Shown here one piece after another: positions 48,565 through 58,576 of a DNA stretch of 64,000 bases. Positions within the stretch are counted from its first letter, which is position 1. The number at the start of each line of letters is the position of its first letter. The DNA is from Minisyncoccota bacterium (lineage in GTDB: Bacteria; Patescibacteriota; Minisyncoccia; Phycocordibacterales; UBA9973), in NCBI GenBank assembly GCA_041662205.1, contig JBAZSZ010000001.1, positions 295,978-359,977 of the forward strand. Direction: 5' to 3'. The position numbers and the translations under genes were made by a program. The notes under the pieces were generated by a model. That model was not told the DNA's origin. It worked only from the letters and a program-made list of their open reading frames with translations, and did not search any database.

Positions 48565-48972
48565 CTATGGAAAAGGATTGAAACCAATCCAATCACCCTC
48601 GTAACCCAAGATTGATAAAATCGTTCTAATAATTATAAAAGCAGCCAATGCAATTATCAACCCAAGGACTGTATTAGTAAAAACGGATTTCATCCTATTC
48701 TTTGCTTCCGTTGATCCTCCTGATGTAACCATCAGAAAGCCAGCATAAGCGAACATAATAGCTGAAATAGGAATAACTAAATCAAAAAGAATAAATTTAA
48801 TTACTTTATTTATTAATGCCATAAATGCATTGAAGTCACAAAGGTTCTCAGCTGAATTATCACAAGGAACTAAGCCCAAACCATCTGCACTCGCTAAAGA
48901 AATGACAGGAATAATAAGAATTAAAAATATTAAGAATGAAATTATATTTTTTTTTGTTTTTTGCATAATCAT
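48565..48972 (-). CDS. TrbC/VirB2-like pilin
   Basis: GLVPC..C, FAYAGFLMVTSGG..NTVLGLII. Confidence 0.8.
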   Translation of the reverse strand: MIMQKTKKNIISFLIFLILIIPVISLASADGLGLVPCDNSAENLCDFNAFMALINKVIKFILFDLVIPISAIMFAYAGFLMVTSGGSTEAKNRMKSVFTNTVLGLIIALAAFIIIRTILSILGYEGDWIGFNPFP

Positions 48973-48976
48973 TTGT

Positions 48977-49022
48977 TCCCTAAACCTTGCTTAGGGGAAT
49001 TCCCCTAAGCAAGGTTTAGGGA
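48977..49022. repeat. 46-bp perfect palindrome
   Basis: tccctaaaccttgcttaggggaa|ttcccctaagcaaggtttaggga. Confidence 0.9.
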
Positions 49023-49029
49023 CCTGTAT

Positions 49030-50319
49030 TCATTTAAATAATAAAAGACTCAACTTAGTATTGGCATCTTTGACCGCATCAGCTACTGACATATTATTAG
49101 AAATTACCGCATTTGTCATCTCACTAAAAATAACATCAGTATCTTTTGATGATGGGTCGAGCCAGCTCTTGCCATATAAAGCTGAACTATAAAAAATAGG
49201 AGAATAAGCATCTTGTAATTTGATAGCGAGCAAGTCTCGGCGTGCCGGAGGCACACCTGTAACCGTAGTGAACTTTGAAGCAAAATCCCCTGTCGTCATC
49301 AAGCTCGCCGCGAGAAAAGCGGTGCTGATATTTTTAGAAAAGGAAGAAATAGCAATTCCAGTCACTCGAGCCATCGTCACTTTTGAATTAGCATTTTTAA
49401 TTTGAGGAATAGGAGCGACAAAGAAATTTTGATTGGGATTTCTTTTTACCATAGATTGGAGCTCAGAAGCATATCCGAAATAAAAAGCTAAATCCTCTTT
49501 AGAAAAAGCATCGTTCGAATTTGGAAATGACCTATTCCAAGAATATAAAGGATTATTGGGATTCGCAAAATCTGTGTAGAATTTTAACATTGAAGGAAGG
49601 TTGAAATTTCCAATGGATGAGTCTAAAGTCGAAATCAAAGATCCATCTTTTTCTTTTACGATCGGATTGCCTGCCTGCATGAAAAGAGTGGCTAGAATAT
49701 CTTTAAAATGAACTATATTTGAAGAATATCCAAACGCAATGGCGCTTTTAGTTATTTTATTTGAATCATCTTTTTTAGTAAGAGTAGATGTTATGTTTGT
49801 CATCTCATCCCAATAAGCTGGAGGAAAGACAACGCCATTTGCATCAAGCATACTCCTATTGTAATACATCATAAGTGGATCAATAGAGATCGGAAAAGCT
49901 AAAATGCCACCAGAAGTAAGAAACACCTCCCCTGCGCCGGCGAAATTATTCTTGAAAGAAGTGAGGGAATAATTCTCATATGGAATAGCAAAAATTTTAT
50001 TGGCGTAATGAAAAACTAAATCGTCAGACAAGAAGAACATATCCGGTCCTGTGCCCGAAGCAGCCGCTTCGAGTAAATCTTGATCAAAAGTATCAATAGA
50101 TTTTTGGACATAAGAGACGGTAAAAGTAGGATTAGCATTGTTAAAATCCATCATAATATTAGACATCGTGGTATTTGGTACTGTTCCCCATAGAACTACT
50201 TTACCCAAACTCCCTGTGCCAGTCTTCCCGACTGGAATCGCTCCAGAAAAAACCAAAACACCTAAAATAGCCGCAGCAATAAATATAACTAAAATGATTA
50301 CTTGAAAATTTCCTTTCAT
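49030..50319 (-). CDS. Extracellular solute-binding protein (sugar-binding family 1-like), no adjacent permease
   Basis: N-terminal anchor; GTGPDMF, PISIDPLMMYYNRSML, APIPQ. Confidence 0.8.
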   Translation of the reverse strand: MKGNFQVIILVIFIAAAILGVLVFSGAIPVGKTGTGSLGKVVLWGTVPNTTMSNIMMDFNNANPTFTVSYVQKSIDTFDQDLLEAAASGTGPDMFFLSDDLVFHYANKIFAIPYENYSLTSFKNNFAGAGEVFLTSGGILAFPISIDPLMMYYNRSMLDANGVVFPPAYWDEMTNITSTLTKKDDSNKITKSAIAFGYSSNIVHFKDILATLFMQAGNPIVKEKDGSLISTLDSSIGNFNLPSMLKFYTDFANPNNPLYSWNRSFPNSNDAFSKEDLAFYFGYASELQSMVKRNPNQNFFVAPIPQIKNANSKVTMARVTGIAISSFSKNISTAFLAASLMTTGDFASKFTTVTGVPPARRDLLAIKLQDAYSPIFYSSALYGKSWLDPSSKDTDVIFSEMTNAVISNNMSVADAVKDANTKLSLLLFK

Positions 50320-50354
50320 GAATTATTTTGGATTTTGCTTGATAACTTTTTGTA

Positions 50355-50870
50355 TTATGACTTAGTTAATATCATACCATAATGATGATCTCCTACATCA
50401 ATTTCTCTTTCCTCAATAAAACCTTTTTTCTTAAACATTTCTAAAGCTTTATCTTTAGGGACTATAATATTTTCACTCATGACTGATGATAGAGACCAAT
50501 CAATCAACAAAACCCTCCCTTTTATTTTCAATATTCTTTTTATCTCTTCAATAAAATTTTCTTTATTTTCTACTTGAAAAAGTATATTTGAAACAATAAC
50601 TGCATCTGCTATACCATCTCCCATCTTCGTTCCCTTGAGTTTCTCTACATCCCCTAAAATAACTTCAACATTGTTTAAATGAGCTTCGAGTATTTTTCTT
50701 TTAATAGTATCTAAAAAATCTTTTTGTAATTCAATTGCATAAACTTTTCCTTTTGGCACAAGTGATCCCAAGGCGACAGAGTAATAACCAGTCCCCGCTC
50801 CTAAATCCGCTACAATATTATCTTCTCTTAATCCAAAGGCTTTTAAATTTTTTACTGGATCAGTGAACAT
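50355..50870 (-). CDS. Class I SAM-dependent methyltransferase
   Basis: VADLGAGTGY, EIKRILK..GRVLLIDW. Confidence 0.88.
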   Translation of the reverse strand: MFTDPVKNLKAFGLREDNIVADLGAGTGYYSVALGSLVPKGKVYAIELQKDFLDTIKRKILEAHLNNVEVILGDVEKLKGTKMGDGIADAVIVSNILFQVENKENFIEEIKRILKIKGRVLLIDWSLSSVMSENIIVPKDKALEMFKKKGFIEEREIDVGDHHYGMILTKS

Positions 50871-50877
50871 AATTTAA

Positions 50878-53352
50878 TTATATACAAGCGAGAGACGCAA
50901 TGCCATCACCTGAGCGTAAGCGCATTATCGTCACCCCTTGGGTCTGACGACCTAGAGAAGAAATATCTTTTAGAGCTGTACGAATAACTTGTCCTTTCTT
51001 GGACATGGCAATCAATTCTATTTCTTCTCCCATTAAAACTTTTGCCACGATAAGTTTGCCAGTTTTAGGAGTCACTTTGGCTGTTTTTACCCCTGAACCA
51101 CCACGCTTTTGAACCTTATATTCTTTTAAATTTGTTTTCTTACCAAAACCATTCGCACTCATCGTCAAGAATGCACCTACCCCGTCACCTTTTTTTTGAC
51201 TATTTTTTATGACGTCAACTCCGATAACTTCATCAGCCTTACTAAGCCTGATACCGCTCACTCCTCCAGCTGTTCTGCCCATTTCACGGACATCAGACTC
51301 TTTAAATCTAATTGATTGCCCATTTGTTGTAGCAATCATGACCTCATCACCCTTTTCTGTTTGCAAGGCGGCAACAAGCTGATCATCCTTATCTAAGCGA
51401 ATAGCTATAATACCGCTCCTACGTACATCTTTGAAACTTTCAGAAGACATTTTTTTGGCTGTGCCATTTTTTGTAACCAACATAAGCGAAGAAGAAGTTT
51501 TAGTTAAATCTTTTGGCATTGCTAAAATAGAAGTTACTTTTTCTTCAGGAGAAAGCGCTAAAAAGTTCATAATTGATTTACCACGAGTCGCCCTCCTGCC
51601 TTCTGGAATATCATACATTTTCATTTGATAAACTTTACCTAGATTTGTAAAGAAAAGTAAATTGCTATGAGTAGAACCTGAAACAAGCATCGTAACAAAA
51701 TCTTCTTCTTTGGTTTCCAGATCCACCACTCCCACTCCTCCTCTTTTTTGCGCGCGATATTCAGACGGGTCGGTGCATTTCACATAACCGCCTGAAGTAA
51801 GTACAAGCATGGTCTCTTTTTCTGGAATCAAATCTTCATCAGAAATTTCTTTCACTCCACCTTTGACTATTCTAGTTCGGCGTTCATCTGCATATTTTTC
51901 ACGGATTTCTTTCAATTCATCAGCAATCACTTTTAATATTTTTTTTGCGCTAGAAAGTAAATCTTTCATTGACTCAATAAATTTTTGTTTTTCTGCAAGT
52001 TCGTCTTCCACAGCTTTTCTTTCCAGCCCAGCTAATTTGGCTAATTTCATTTCCAAAATAGCAGTCGCCTGTAAATCTGAAAATTTAAATTCTTTTATTA
52101 AATTTAATTTAGCAATTTGAGAATTCTTGGATCCGCGGATTAGAGTAATGACACGGTCTATCTTGTCTAAAGCTTTTTTTAATCCAAGTAAAATATGCTC
52201 ACGTTCTTGTGCTTTTTTCAAATCAAAGGCGGTCCTCCTTTTCACAATTTCTTTTCGATGCTCGATAAATAAGGCCAAGATGGATTTGAGTGAAAGTGTC
52301 TGTGGTACTCCATCTACCAAAGCAACCATATTAAAATTAAAATTTGATTCAAGCTGAGTATTTTTATAAATATAATTCAAAACTTTTTCAGGATGTGCAC
52401 TTCCTTTTAGGTCAATAACAATTCTGATATCTTTTGTAGATTCATCACGAAGTCCCTTGATACCTTCAAGTTTTTTTTCTTGAACTAATTCCGCAATACT
52501 AATTATCAAATTAGCTTTATTTACTCTAAAAGGAATTGAGGTAATAATAATAGAAAAATTACCATCTTTTTGTTCTACTATCTCTGCTTCACCTCGACAC
52601 ACTACTCCGCCCCGTCCTGATCCATATGCGTGGAGCATGTCCTTGTATCCATAAGCAATTCCGCCAGTTGGAAAATCTGGACCTTTCACAAATTGCATTA
52701 AATCTTCTGTCGTGGCCTCGTCGTTTTCAATTAAATAATTTGTAGCATCTAAGATTTCTGCCAAGTTGTGTGATGGAATATTTGTCGCCATACCAACAGC
52801 GATACCGAGCGTACCATTTAAAAGCAAAGCTGGAACAGCCGACGGTAAAACAATTGGTTCTTTGCGTGTTTGATCATAATTTGGACGAAAATCAACAGTT
52901 TCTTTTTCTAAATCTCTTAATAATTCATTGGAAATCTTTGTCATCTTCGCTTCCGTATAACGCATCGCAGCTGCGTTGTCTCCATCGATCGAACCAAAAT
53001 TTCCTTGTCCCCAAATCAAAGGGTAACGATAAGAAAATTCCTGTGCCATTCCAACCATCGTATCGTAAACAGCGGTATCTCCATGTGGATGATATTTTCC
53101 GAGCACATCTCCCACAATCGCTGCTGATTTACGAAAACGCGCCGAAGAAGTAAGTCCCATTTCATTCATCCCAAATAAAATTCTACGATGCACAGGTTTT
53201 AAACCATCCCGTACATCCGGCAAGGCTCGAGAAGTAATAACCGTCATAGCATAAGCTATATAAGATTCTTTCATTTCTACCACGATATCAACTGGCAGAA
53301 TTGTATCTGTCTTTATTTCTCTATTTGATTCAGGTGTATATTTTTTTGCCAT
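50878..53352 (-). CDS. gyrA: DNA gyrase subunit A
   Basis: [25 protein letters not shown], GyrA-box QKRGGVG. Confidence 0.98.
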   Translation of the reverse strand: MAKKYTPESNREIKTDTILPVDIVVEMKESYIAYAMTVITSRALPDVRDGLKPVHRRILFGMNEMGLTSSARFRKSAAIVGDVLGKYHPHGDTAVYDTMVGMAQEFSYRYPLIWGQGNFGSIDGDNAAAMRYTEAKMTKISNELLRDLEKETVDFRPNYDQTRKEPIVLPSAVPALLLNGTLGIAVGMATNIPSHNLAEILDATNYLIENDEATTEDLMQFVKGPDFPTGGIAYGYKDMLHAYGSGRGGVVCRGEAEIVEQKDGNFSIIITSIPFRVNKANLIISIAELVQEKKLEGIKGLRDESTKDIRIVIDLKGSAHPEKVLNYIYKNTQLESNFNFNMVALVDGVPQTLSLKSILALFIEHRKEIVKRRTAFDLKKAQEREHILLGLKKALDKIDRVITLIRGSKNSQIAKLNLIKEFKFSDLQATAILEMKLAKLAGLERKAVEDELAEKQKFIESMKDLLSSAKKILKVIADELKEIREKYADERRTRIVKGGVKEISDEDLIPEKETMLVLTSGGYVKCTDPSEYRAQKRGGVGVVDLETKEEDFVTMLVSGSTHSNLLFFTNLGKVYQMKMYDIPEGRRATRGKSIMNFLALSPEEKVTSILAMPKDLTKTSSSLMLVTKNGTAKKMSSESFKDVRRSGIIAIRLDKDDQLVAALQTEKGDEVMIATTNGQSIRFKESDVREMGRTAGGVSGIRLSKADEVIGVDVIKNSQKKGDGVGAFLTMSANGFGKKTNLKEYKVQKRGGSGVKTAKVTPKTGKLIVAKVLMGEEIELIAMSKKGQVIRTALKDISSLGRQTQGVTIMRLRSGDGIASLACI

Positions 53353-53355
53353 CTA

Positions 53356-53562
53356 CTATTGTATTATATTATCTTTTAATATAGAAAAAGGTTTTATATC
53401 TTGGATCATTTTTACTTGAGTATCTGTATTGGTCAAAGTTGTGCCAAGTGAATAAATCCAAAATAAAAATAAAATGACTGCACAGATGATGATAGTAACA
53501 TTTAAAATGTGTCGCTTGACGTGTTCAGGTTGTTTTCTAATGTGATGAATTATTTTTTTCAT
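53356..53562 (-). CDS. Small single-TM hypothetical protein
   Basis: Basic N-terminus plus TM; 3 nt upstream of gyrA. Confidence 0.6.
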   Translation of the reverse strand: MKKIIHHIRKQPEHVKRHILNVTIIICAVILFLFWIYSLGTTLTNTDTQVKMIQDIKPFSILKDNIIQ

Positions 53563-53614
53563 TTGATTTTACGAGATCATGTCGTGGTATCGTCCATTAA
53601 AGCGCGACACTCTA

Positions 53615-54262
53615 TTATGTAGTTTTTAATATAATTACTTCTCCTTCTTTATTATCTAAATCTTTTCTCTTAAGGGTCAACTTATCCACCGCCTCTGCTT
53701 TCTCTTCTCCTATTTCTTTTAAAAATAATTTCAAGGTGTTTTCATCAAAATCCATTGGAATTATTAATTTTGGTTCAAGAGAAGAAGCTAATTTAGCCGC
53801 CATTTTTGCATCTAAAAAGCCTGTCTCTTTTCCTTTGCCACCTACTGGGATAAAAAGAATATCTGGATTATTTAATGCTTCACGTGATTCTTTGGATAAT
53901 TCTCCTTCAGACAACGCCCCTAAAAATAAAATATCAATATTATCAACCGATAAAGAATAAATAGTATTAATATATTTTTTTTCAGAAATCAATGAATGCG
54001 ACAAAAGTCCTTTAATAAAAATTTCTTTTATTTCGTAATCCCCCGGTCCATTAATGACAAAAGGTGCTCGTTCTCCATGGCTCAACTGTTCAACACCATT
54101 GTAATCAGGATGGTTGGTAGTTATTAAAGCAATATCTGCACCAAAGTGTGCAGATATGCCAGTTTTTGAAGTTTTACTAGCGGGATTAAAAGCTAGAACC
54201 ATCTCTCCTTGTTGTATTTTAAAAAATTGTTTTCCGAAATATGTGATTATCATTGTTTGCAT
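53615..54262 (-). CDS. MBL-fold protein with degenerate metal motif
   Basis: ITYFG..FKI, GPGDYEI, DILFIPVGG, LEPKLIIPM. Confidence 0.75.
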   Translation of the reverse strand: MQTMIITYFGKQFFKIQQGEMVLAFNPASKTSKTGISAHFGADIALITTNHPDYNGVEQLSHGERAPFVINGPGDYEIKEIFIKGLLSHSLISEKKYINTIYSLSVDNIDILFLGALSEGELSKESREALNNPDILFIPVGGKGKETGFLDAKMAAKLASSLEPKLIIPMDFDENTLKLFLKEIGEEKAEAVDKLTLKRKDLDNKEGEVIILKTT

Positions 54263-54406
54263 TCTAACATATTTTTTGTTAGAGTAAAAGTATTAGAAGC
54301 AGTTTTAGGGTAACCCTATTGAAGTGCTTGCCCCGCCACTTGGCGAGGCGAACAACCTCTTTAGAACCTAAACCTTATATCCGCTTCATGCGGATTTTTT
54401 AATTAT

Positions 54407-55483
54407 ATGGATAACGAAGAAATAAAAGAAAATTTAGTATTAAACTCAGTCGTAGACAGAAGCGCAAATAAGCCAGAAATTGATTCTCTGGTAGAAGGTC
54501 CAGTAATTTTAATAGAAAAATCTTCCGTGTACTTAGACTTGGCACCCTTTGGTGTAGGTATTATTTATGGCCGAGAATTTATCAATGCAAAAGATGTCAT
54601 AAATAAGATTAACTTAGGTGACATCATCAAAGCAAAAATCGTTGAAACAGAAAACGAAAACGGCTATATAGAACTCTCCCTAAAAGAAGCTAGACAAGCT
54701 CTCGCTTGGAGTGAGGCTGAAAAAGCAATCAAAGCAAAAACAATTTTAAACTTAGAAGTAAAAGATGCAAATAAAGGAGGCCTCATCTTGGAATGGCAAG
54801 GTATCCAAGGGTTTCTCCCTGCTTCACAACTCAAAACAGATCATTATCCTCGAGTATTAGATTCAGATAAAGACAAGATCTTAAAGGAGCTAAAAAAACT
54901 TATTGGGGAACATATTTCTGTAATGATTATCTCTACCCTTCCTAAAGAAGGAAAATTGATCTTTTCTGAGAAAGACAATAATCCAGAAGAGAAAAAAGAA
55001 ATCCTAAATAAATATAATGTTGGTGACAATTTAGATTGTACTGTTGCGGGAATAGTTGATTTTGGAATATTCTTGAAATTAGAAGATGGACTAGAAGGAC
55101 TTGTTCATATCTCTGAACTAGATTGGGGGCTCGTAGAAGACCCAAGAAATATTTTTAAAGTTGGAGATAAAGTAAAAGCCAAAGTTATTGAAATAAAAGA
55201 CGGCAAAATATCTCTTTCAGTCAAAGCTCTGAAAGAAAATCCCTGGAAAGAATTTGAAGGCAAATTGAAAAAGGGAGATATCATTAAAGGGGTAGTCATT
55301 AAATACAATAAACACGGCGCGCTTGTATCCATCAAAGAAGGTGTCGCTGGATTGGTACACAACTCTACCTTTGCTTCTGAAGCAAAACTTCGAGAGAAAT
55401 TAGAGCTTGGAAAAAATTATAATTTCCAGATCACTCTATTTGAACCCAAAGATCAAAAAATGACATTGATCCATTTAGAATAA
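54407..55483 (+). CDS. rpsA: 30S ribosomal protein S1 (four S1 domains)
   Basis: ANKGGL..GFLPASQL, DFGIF..EGLVHISEL, ISLSVKAL..NPW. Confidence 0.88.
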   Translation: MDNEEIKENLVLNSVVDRSANKPEIDSLVEGPVILIEKSSVYLDLAPFGVGIIYGREFINAKDVINKINLGDIIKAKIVETENENGYIELSLKEARQALAWSEAEKAIKAKTILNLEVKDANKGGLILEWQGIQGFLPASQLKTDHYPRVLDSDKDKILKELKKLIGEHISVMIISTLPKEGKLIFSEKDNNPEEKKEILNKYNVGDNLDCTVAGIVDFGIFLKLEDGLEGLVHISELDWGLVEDPRNIFKVGDKVKAKVIEIKDGKISLSVKALKENPWKEFEGKLKKGDIIKGVVIKYNKHGALVSIKEGVAGLVHNSTFASEAKLREKLELGKNYNFQITLFEPKDQKMTLIHLE

Positions 55484-55490
55484 AAAATTA

Positions 55491-55544
55491 ACTTAAAAAT
55501 AAAAAAATCTCTCAATTAATTGAGAGATTTTTTTATTTTTAAGT
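55491..55544. terminator. 54-bp perfect palindrome, bidirectional terminator
   Basis: acttaaaaataaaaaaatctctcaatt|aattgagagatttttttatttttaagt between convergent genes. Confidence 0.8.
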
Positions 55545-56132
55545 AGTTAAATTAGGAGTCACTATTAAATCCGCGTCTCCAATATCATCCATAATAGCTA
55601 TTACTTGCTCGGCATATTTCAACACGATAGAAGGTGGATTGTAAGCATGGAGAATTCCCTTAGTATTTTTATCATCATAATGTTTAGCGGTTCTTGGATT
55701 ATTCCCCCCCAAATTTCTAGCCACAGTTTCAATAGCACTATCAACTGATTTAAATCCGATCTTACAAGAACCCCAACCAAAAGGGTTATTTTTTACTTTT
55801 TTACAAGCAAACTTACCACCAGTAGACTCTCGTACTGCAATAGACGGCAACAGACGCCAATCGAGGTCGTTCTTTTCCGCTTCCTCTACCATTTTCATAC
55901 CAGTTCCTTTAAGGGGCATATCATGTTCAGCAAAATATGCATCGATAGCATTAGCCTTTAATTTTAAGGCCTGCTCAATTTGTTGATCTTTTGCTGGAGC
56001 GGTAATTGCAACTTGTGGTTGATTTACCACGTTAAAACCATTATTCGGAATAGTTCCGAAAGGTGTCATCATTGTCATTATTGGTAAAATAACAAACGAC
56101 TCCACAAACCTTATTGTTTTTGTTTTTTTCAT
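55539..56132 (-). CDS. Secreted lysozyme-like/glucosaminidase-like protein
   Basis: LDWRLLPSIAVRESTGGK, NNPFGWG, YNPP; N-terminal hydrophobic stretch. Confidence 0.65.
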   Translation of the reverse strand: MKKTKTIRFVESFVILPIMTMMTPFGTIPNNGFNVVNQPQVAITAPAKDQQIEQALKLKANAIDAYFAEHDMPLKGTGMKMVEEAEKNDLDWRLLPSIAVRESTGGKFACKKVKNNPFGWGSCKIGFKSVDSAIETVARNLGGNNPRTAKHYDDKNTKGILHAYNPPSIVLKYAEQVIAIMDDIGDADLIVTPNLTT

Positions 56133-56225
56133 AATAAGCGGTTGTGCTCCGCCAAACCAAAGGCTGTGAAAACTAAAAAACCCTTACATAATAAGCTTTC
56201 GCCTATACTGTAAGGATATACTCAC

Positions 56226-56254
56226 ATAATAGCCTATTTAGAGCTGAAAGTCAA
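56226..56254 (-). promoter_or_regulatory. Sigma-70 promoter
   Basis: Minus strand TTGACT-17 nt-TATTAT. Confidence 0.6.
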
Positions 56255-56388
56255 CATTTATACAATGATTTTAAAAGATGTCAAATCAAGCATATAGTTT
56301 TTTTGCCTTGTAAAATAAGGATATTTAAAGACACGCCTATTGACAAAATTATATAAAAATAGAACAATAAAAGACTTGTGTACAACTT

Positions 56389-57711
56389 TTAAGTGAGCTT
56401 GAATACTTTTTCAGCTACCTTATAAGCTTCCCCTGCTCCCATCGTCACAAATATGTCATTTTCACCTAGTTTTAGGCTTCCTATATAGTCCTCAGCAGCT
56501 GTAAAATCTTTAAAAGCAGTAGCTTCTCCCTTATGATTCTTTATAGCAACGGCCAATATCTCACTAGAGACCTCAGGATCAGGATTTTCACGGGCAAAGA
56601 ATATGGGCAAAAGAAAAACATTGTCAGCTTGATCAAAACAAGTCACAAATTCATCAAAAAGAGCTTTAGTTCGGCTGTAAAGATGAGGCTGAAAAAGAAT
56701 TATAATATTCTTCTTCCCCTTAGGATAAAGTTCCCGCAGAGCTTCTAAGCTTGCCCTTACCTCCGTCGGATGATGGGCATAATCATCATAAATGATAGCG
56801 CCTTCTTTAGTTATTCCTTTTTTCTCCAGCCTACGCCAAGTACCTGAAAATTCACTCAATGCTTTCTCGGCGACTTCTTCTTTAATGTTTAGAATATCTG
56901 CCACTGCTAAAGCTGCAGCTGAGTTCATTCGGTTGTGTACTCCAGGCACTGAGAGCTGTGGAACTTTTTCTAAATATTTTCCATAATCTACAATTTTTGC
57001 TCTGTATTTCCCCTTTGAGTCTTTTTTTAATACATGAGAAACTGAAATATCATCAGGATTACAAACTATAAAATTATCTGTCTGCATTGCCATCTCCGAA
57101 AAAGCAGATTCTATGTCTGCTATATCTTTATAATAATCTAGATGATCCGCCTCAATATTAGTAATCACTAAAATTTTTGGTTTTATATTTAAAAAAGATC
57201 TCTCGTACTCACAAGCTTCAACCACAAAAAATTCGCTTTTCCCGACAATTAAATTTGATTTGGATTCCTTTAACAAAGACCCGACAATTACGGATGGATC
57301 TTTCTTTGCTTCAATTAAAACTTTGGCAATCATGGCTGTGGTAGTAGTCTTGCCATGAGTGCCTGAGACTGCAATAGTATATTTGTTGGCCGTTACAATT
57401 CCCAAAGTTTCTGGATAACTTAATATCTGAATATTTGAGCTTTGTAATTTTTTAAAAAATTCTGGATCATATTTAACGATTGAAATTGAATAAACAACCA
57501 AATCAACATCTTCTGGAATTAATTCCATCGCTTGTCCTGATACTATCTTTGCCCCGAGTTTTTGTAGCTCATCAGTTATTCCACTCATTGAAATATCCGA
57601 CCCAGAAACTTCTTTCCCCTCCAAAAGCATCATCCGAGCAATAGCCGAAATGCCTATCCCGCCGATCCCAACAAAGAAAACCTTTTTAATTTTTGATAAA
57701 TCCAGATTCAT
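56389..57711 (-). CDS. murC: UDP-N-acetylmuramate--L-alanine ligase
   Basis: GIGGIGIS, GTHGKTTTT, EACEY, DDYAHHP, FQPHLYSR, MGAG. Confidence 0.96.
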   Translation of the reverse strand: MNLDLSKIKKVFFVGIGGIGISAIARMMLLEGKEVSGSDISMSGITDELQKLGAKIVSGQAMELIPEDVDLVVYSISIVKYDPEFFKKLQSSNIQILSYPETLGIVTANKYTIAVSGTHGKTTTTAMIAKVLIEAKKDPSVIVGSLLKESKSNLIVGKSEFFVVEACEYERSFLNIKPKILVITNIEADHLDYYKDIADIESAFSEMAMQTDNFIVCNPDDISVSHVLKKDSKGKYRAKIVDYGKYLEKVPQLSVPGVHNRMNSAAALAVADILNIKEEVAEKALSEFSGTWRRLEKKGITKEGAIIYDDYAHHPTEVRASLEALRELYPKGKKNIIILFQPHLYSRTKALFDEFVTCFDQADNVFLLPIFFARENPDPEVSSEILAVAIKNHKGEATAFKDFTAAEDYIGSLKLGENDIFVTMGAGEAYKVAEKVFKLT

Positions 57712-57757
57712 TATTAAGTTAATATACCATAAACATTAAATATGCTAAACTACAAAA

Positions 57758-58576
57758 ATGAAAAAAGGGATGAGAATTGGTATTTTTGATTCAGGGCTTG
57801 GTGGACTGATAATCGCTCGAGCAATACGAAAAACCATGCCGGAATATGATTATGTTTACTTTGGGGATACAAAGAGACTGCCTTATGGTAACAAATCACA
57901 TGAAGCAGTATATGAATTCACAAAAAACGCCGTAGATTATCTTTTCCGTAAGGAAAATTGTACTATCGTAATAATCGCTTGCAATACAGCTTCTGCTAGA
58001 GCCTTGCGAGAATTGCAACAAAAATACTTACCAAAAAAATTTAAAGACCGGAAAATTCTTGGGGTTTTGATTCCAACCGCTGAAATAGCTTCAAATTATA
58101 AAAAAATTGGTATATTAGCAACCCTTGGCACAGTAGCTTCAAACACTTGGATAAAAGAAATAAAAAAAATAAATAATAAAACAAAAGTTTTTCAAAATCC
58201 TGCACCTATGCTTGCACCACTTGTTGATAATGGAGAAAACATAATGGCAAAACCCTTTCTTTTAAAATACTTAAACCCATTTAAGAATAAAAAATTAGAT
58301 GCTCTTGTTTTAGGTTGTACTCATTATCCAATGTTTAAAAAAGAAATAAGAAAAATTATACCAAAAAAAATAAAAGTAATTTCTCAAGACGAGATAATTC
58401 CTAAAAAATTAAAAGAATATTTAAAAAAACATCCAGAAATTACTCAAAAACTATCCAAAAATAAAACTATGAAAATATTTGTTACTGACCAAACACAAAA
58501 TATTAATATATTTACCAAAAAATGGTTCGGTAAAATAAAAATAAATATTATTTCAGACTCTTCACTATTTTCATAA
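57758..58576 (+). CDS. murI: Glutamate racemase
   Basis: FDSGLGG, PYG, ACNTAS, LGCTHYP. Confidence 0.97.
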   Translation: MKKGMRIGIFDSGLGGLIIARAIRKTMPEYDYVYFGDTKRLPYGNKSHEAVYEFTKNAVDYLFRKENCTIVIIACNTASARALRELQQKYLPKKFKDRKILGVLIPTAEIASNYKKIGILATLGTVASNTWIKEIKKINNKTKVFQNPAPMLAPLVDNGENIMAKPFLLKYLNPFKNKKLDALVLGCTHYPMFKKEIRKIIPKKIKVISQDEIIPKKLKEYLKKHPEITQKLSKNKTMKIFVTDQTQNINIFTKKWFGKIKINIISDSSLFS

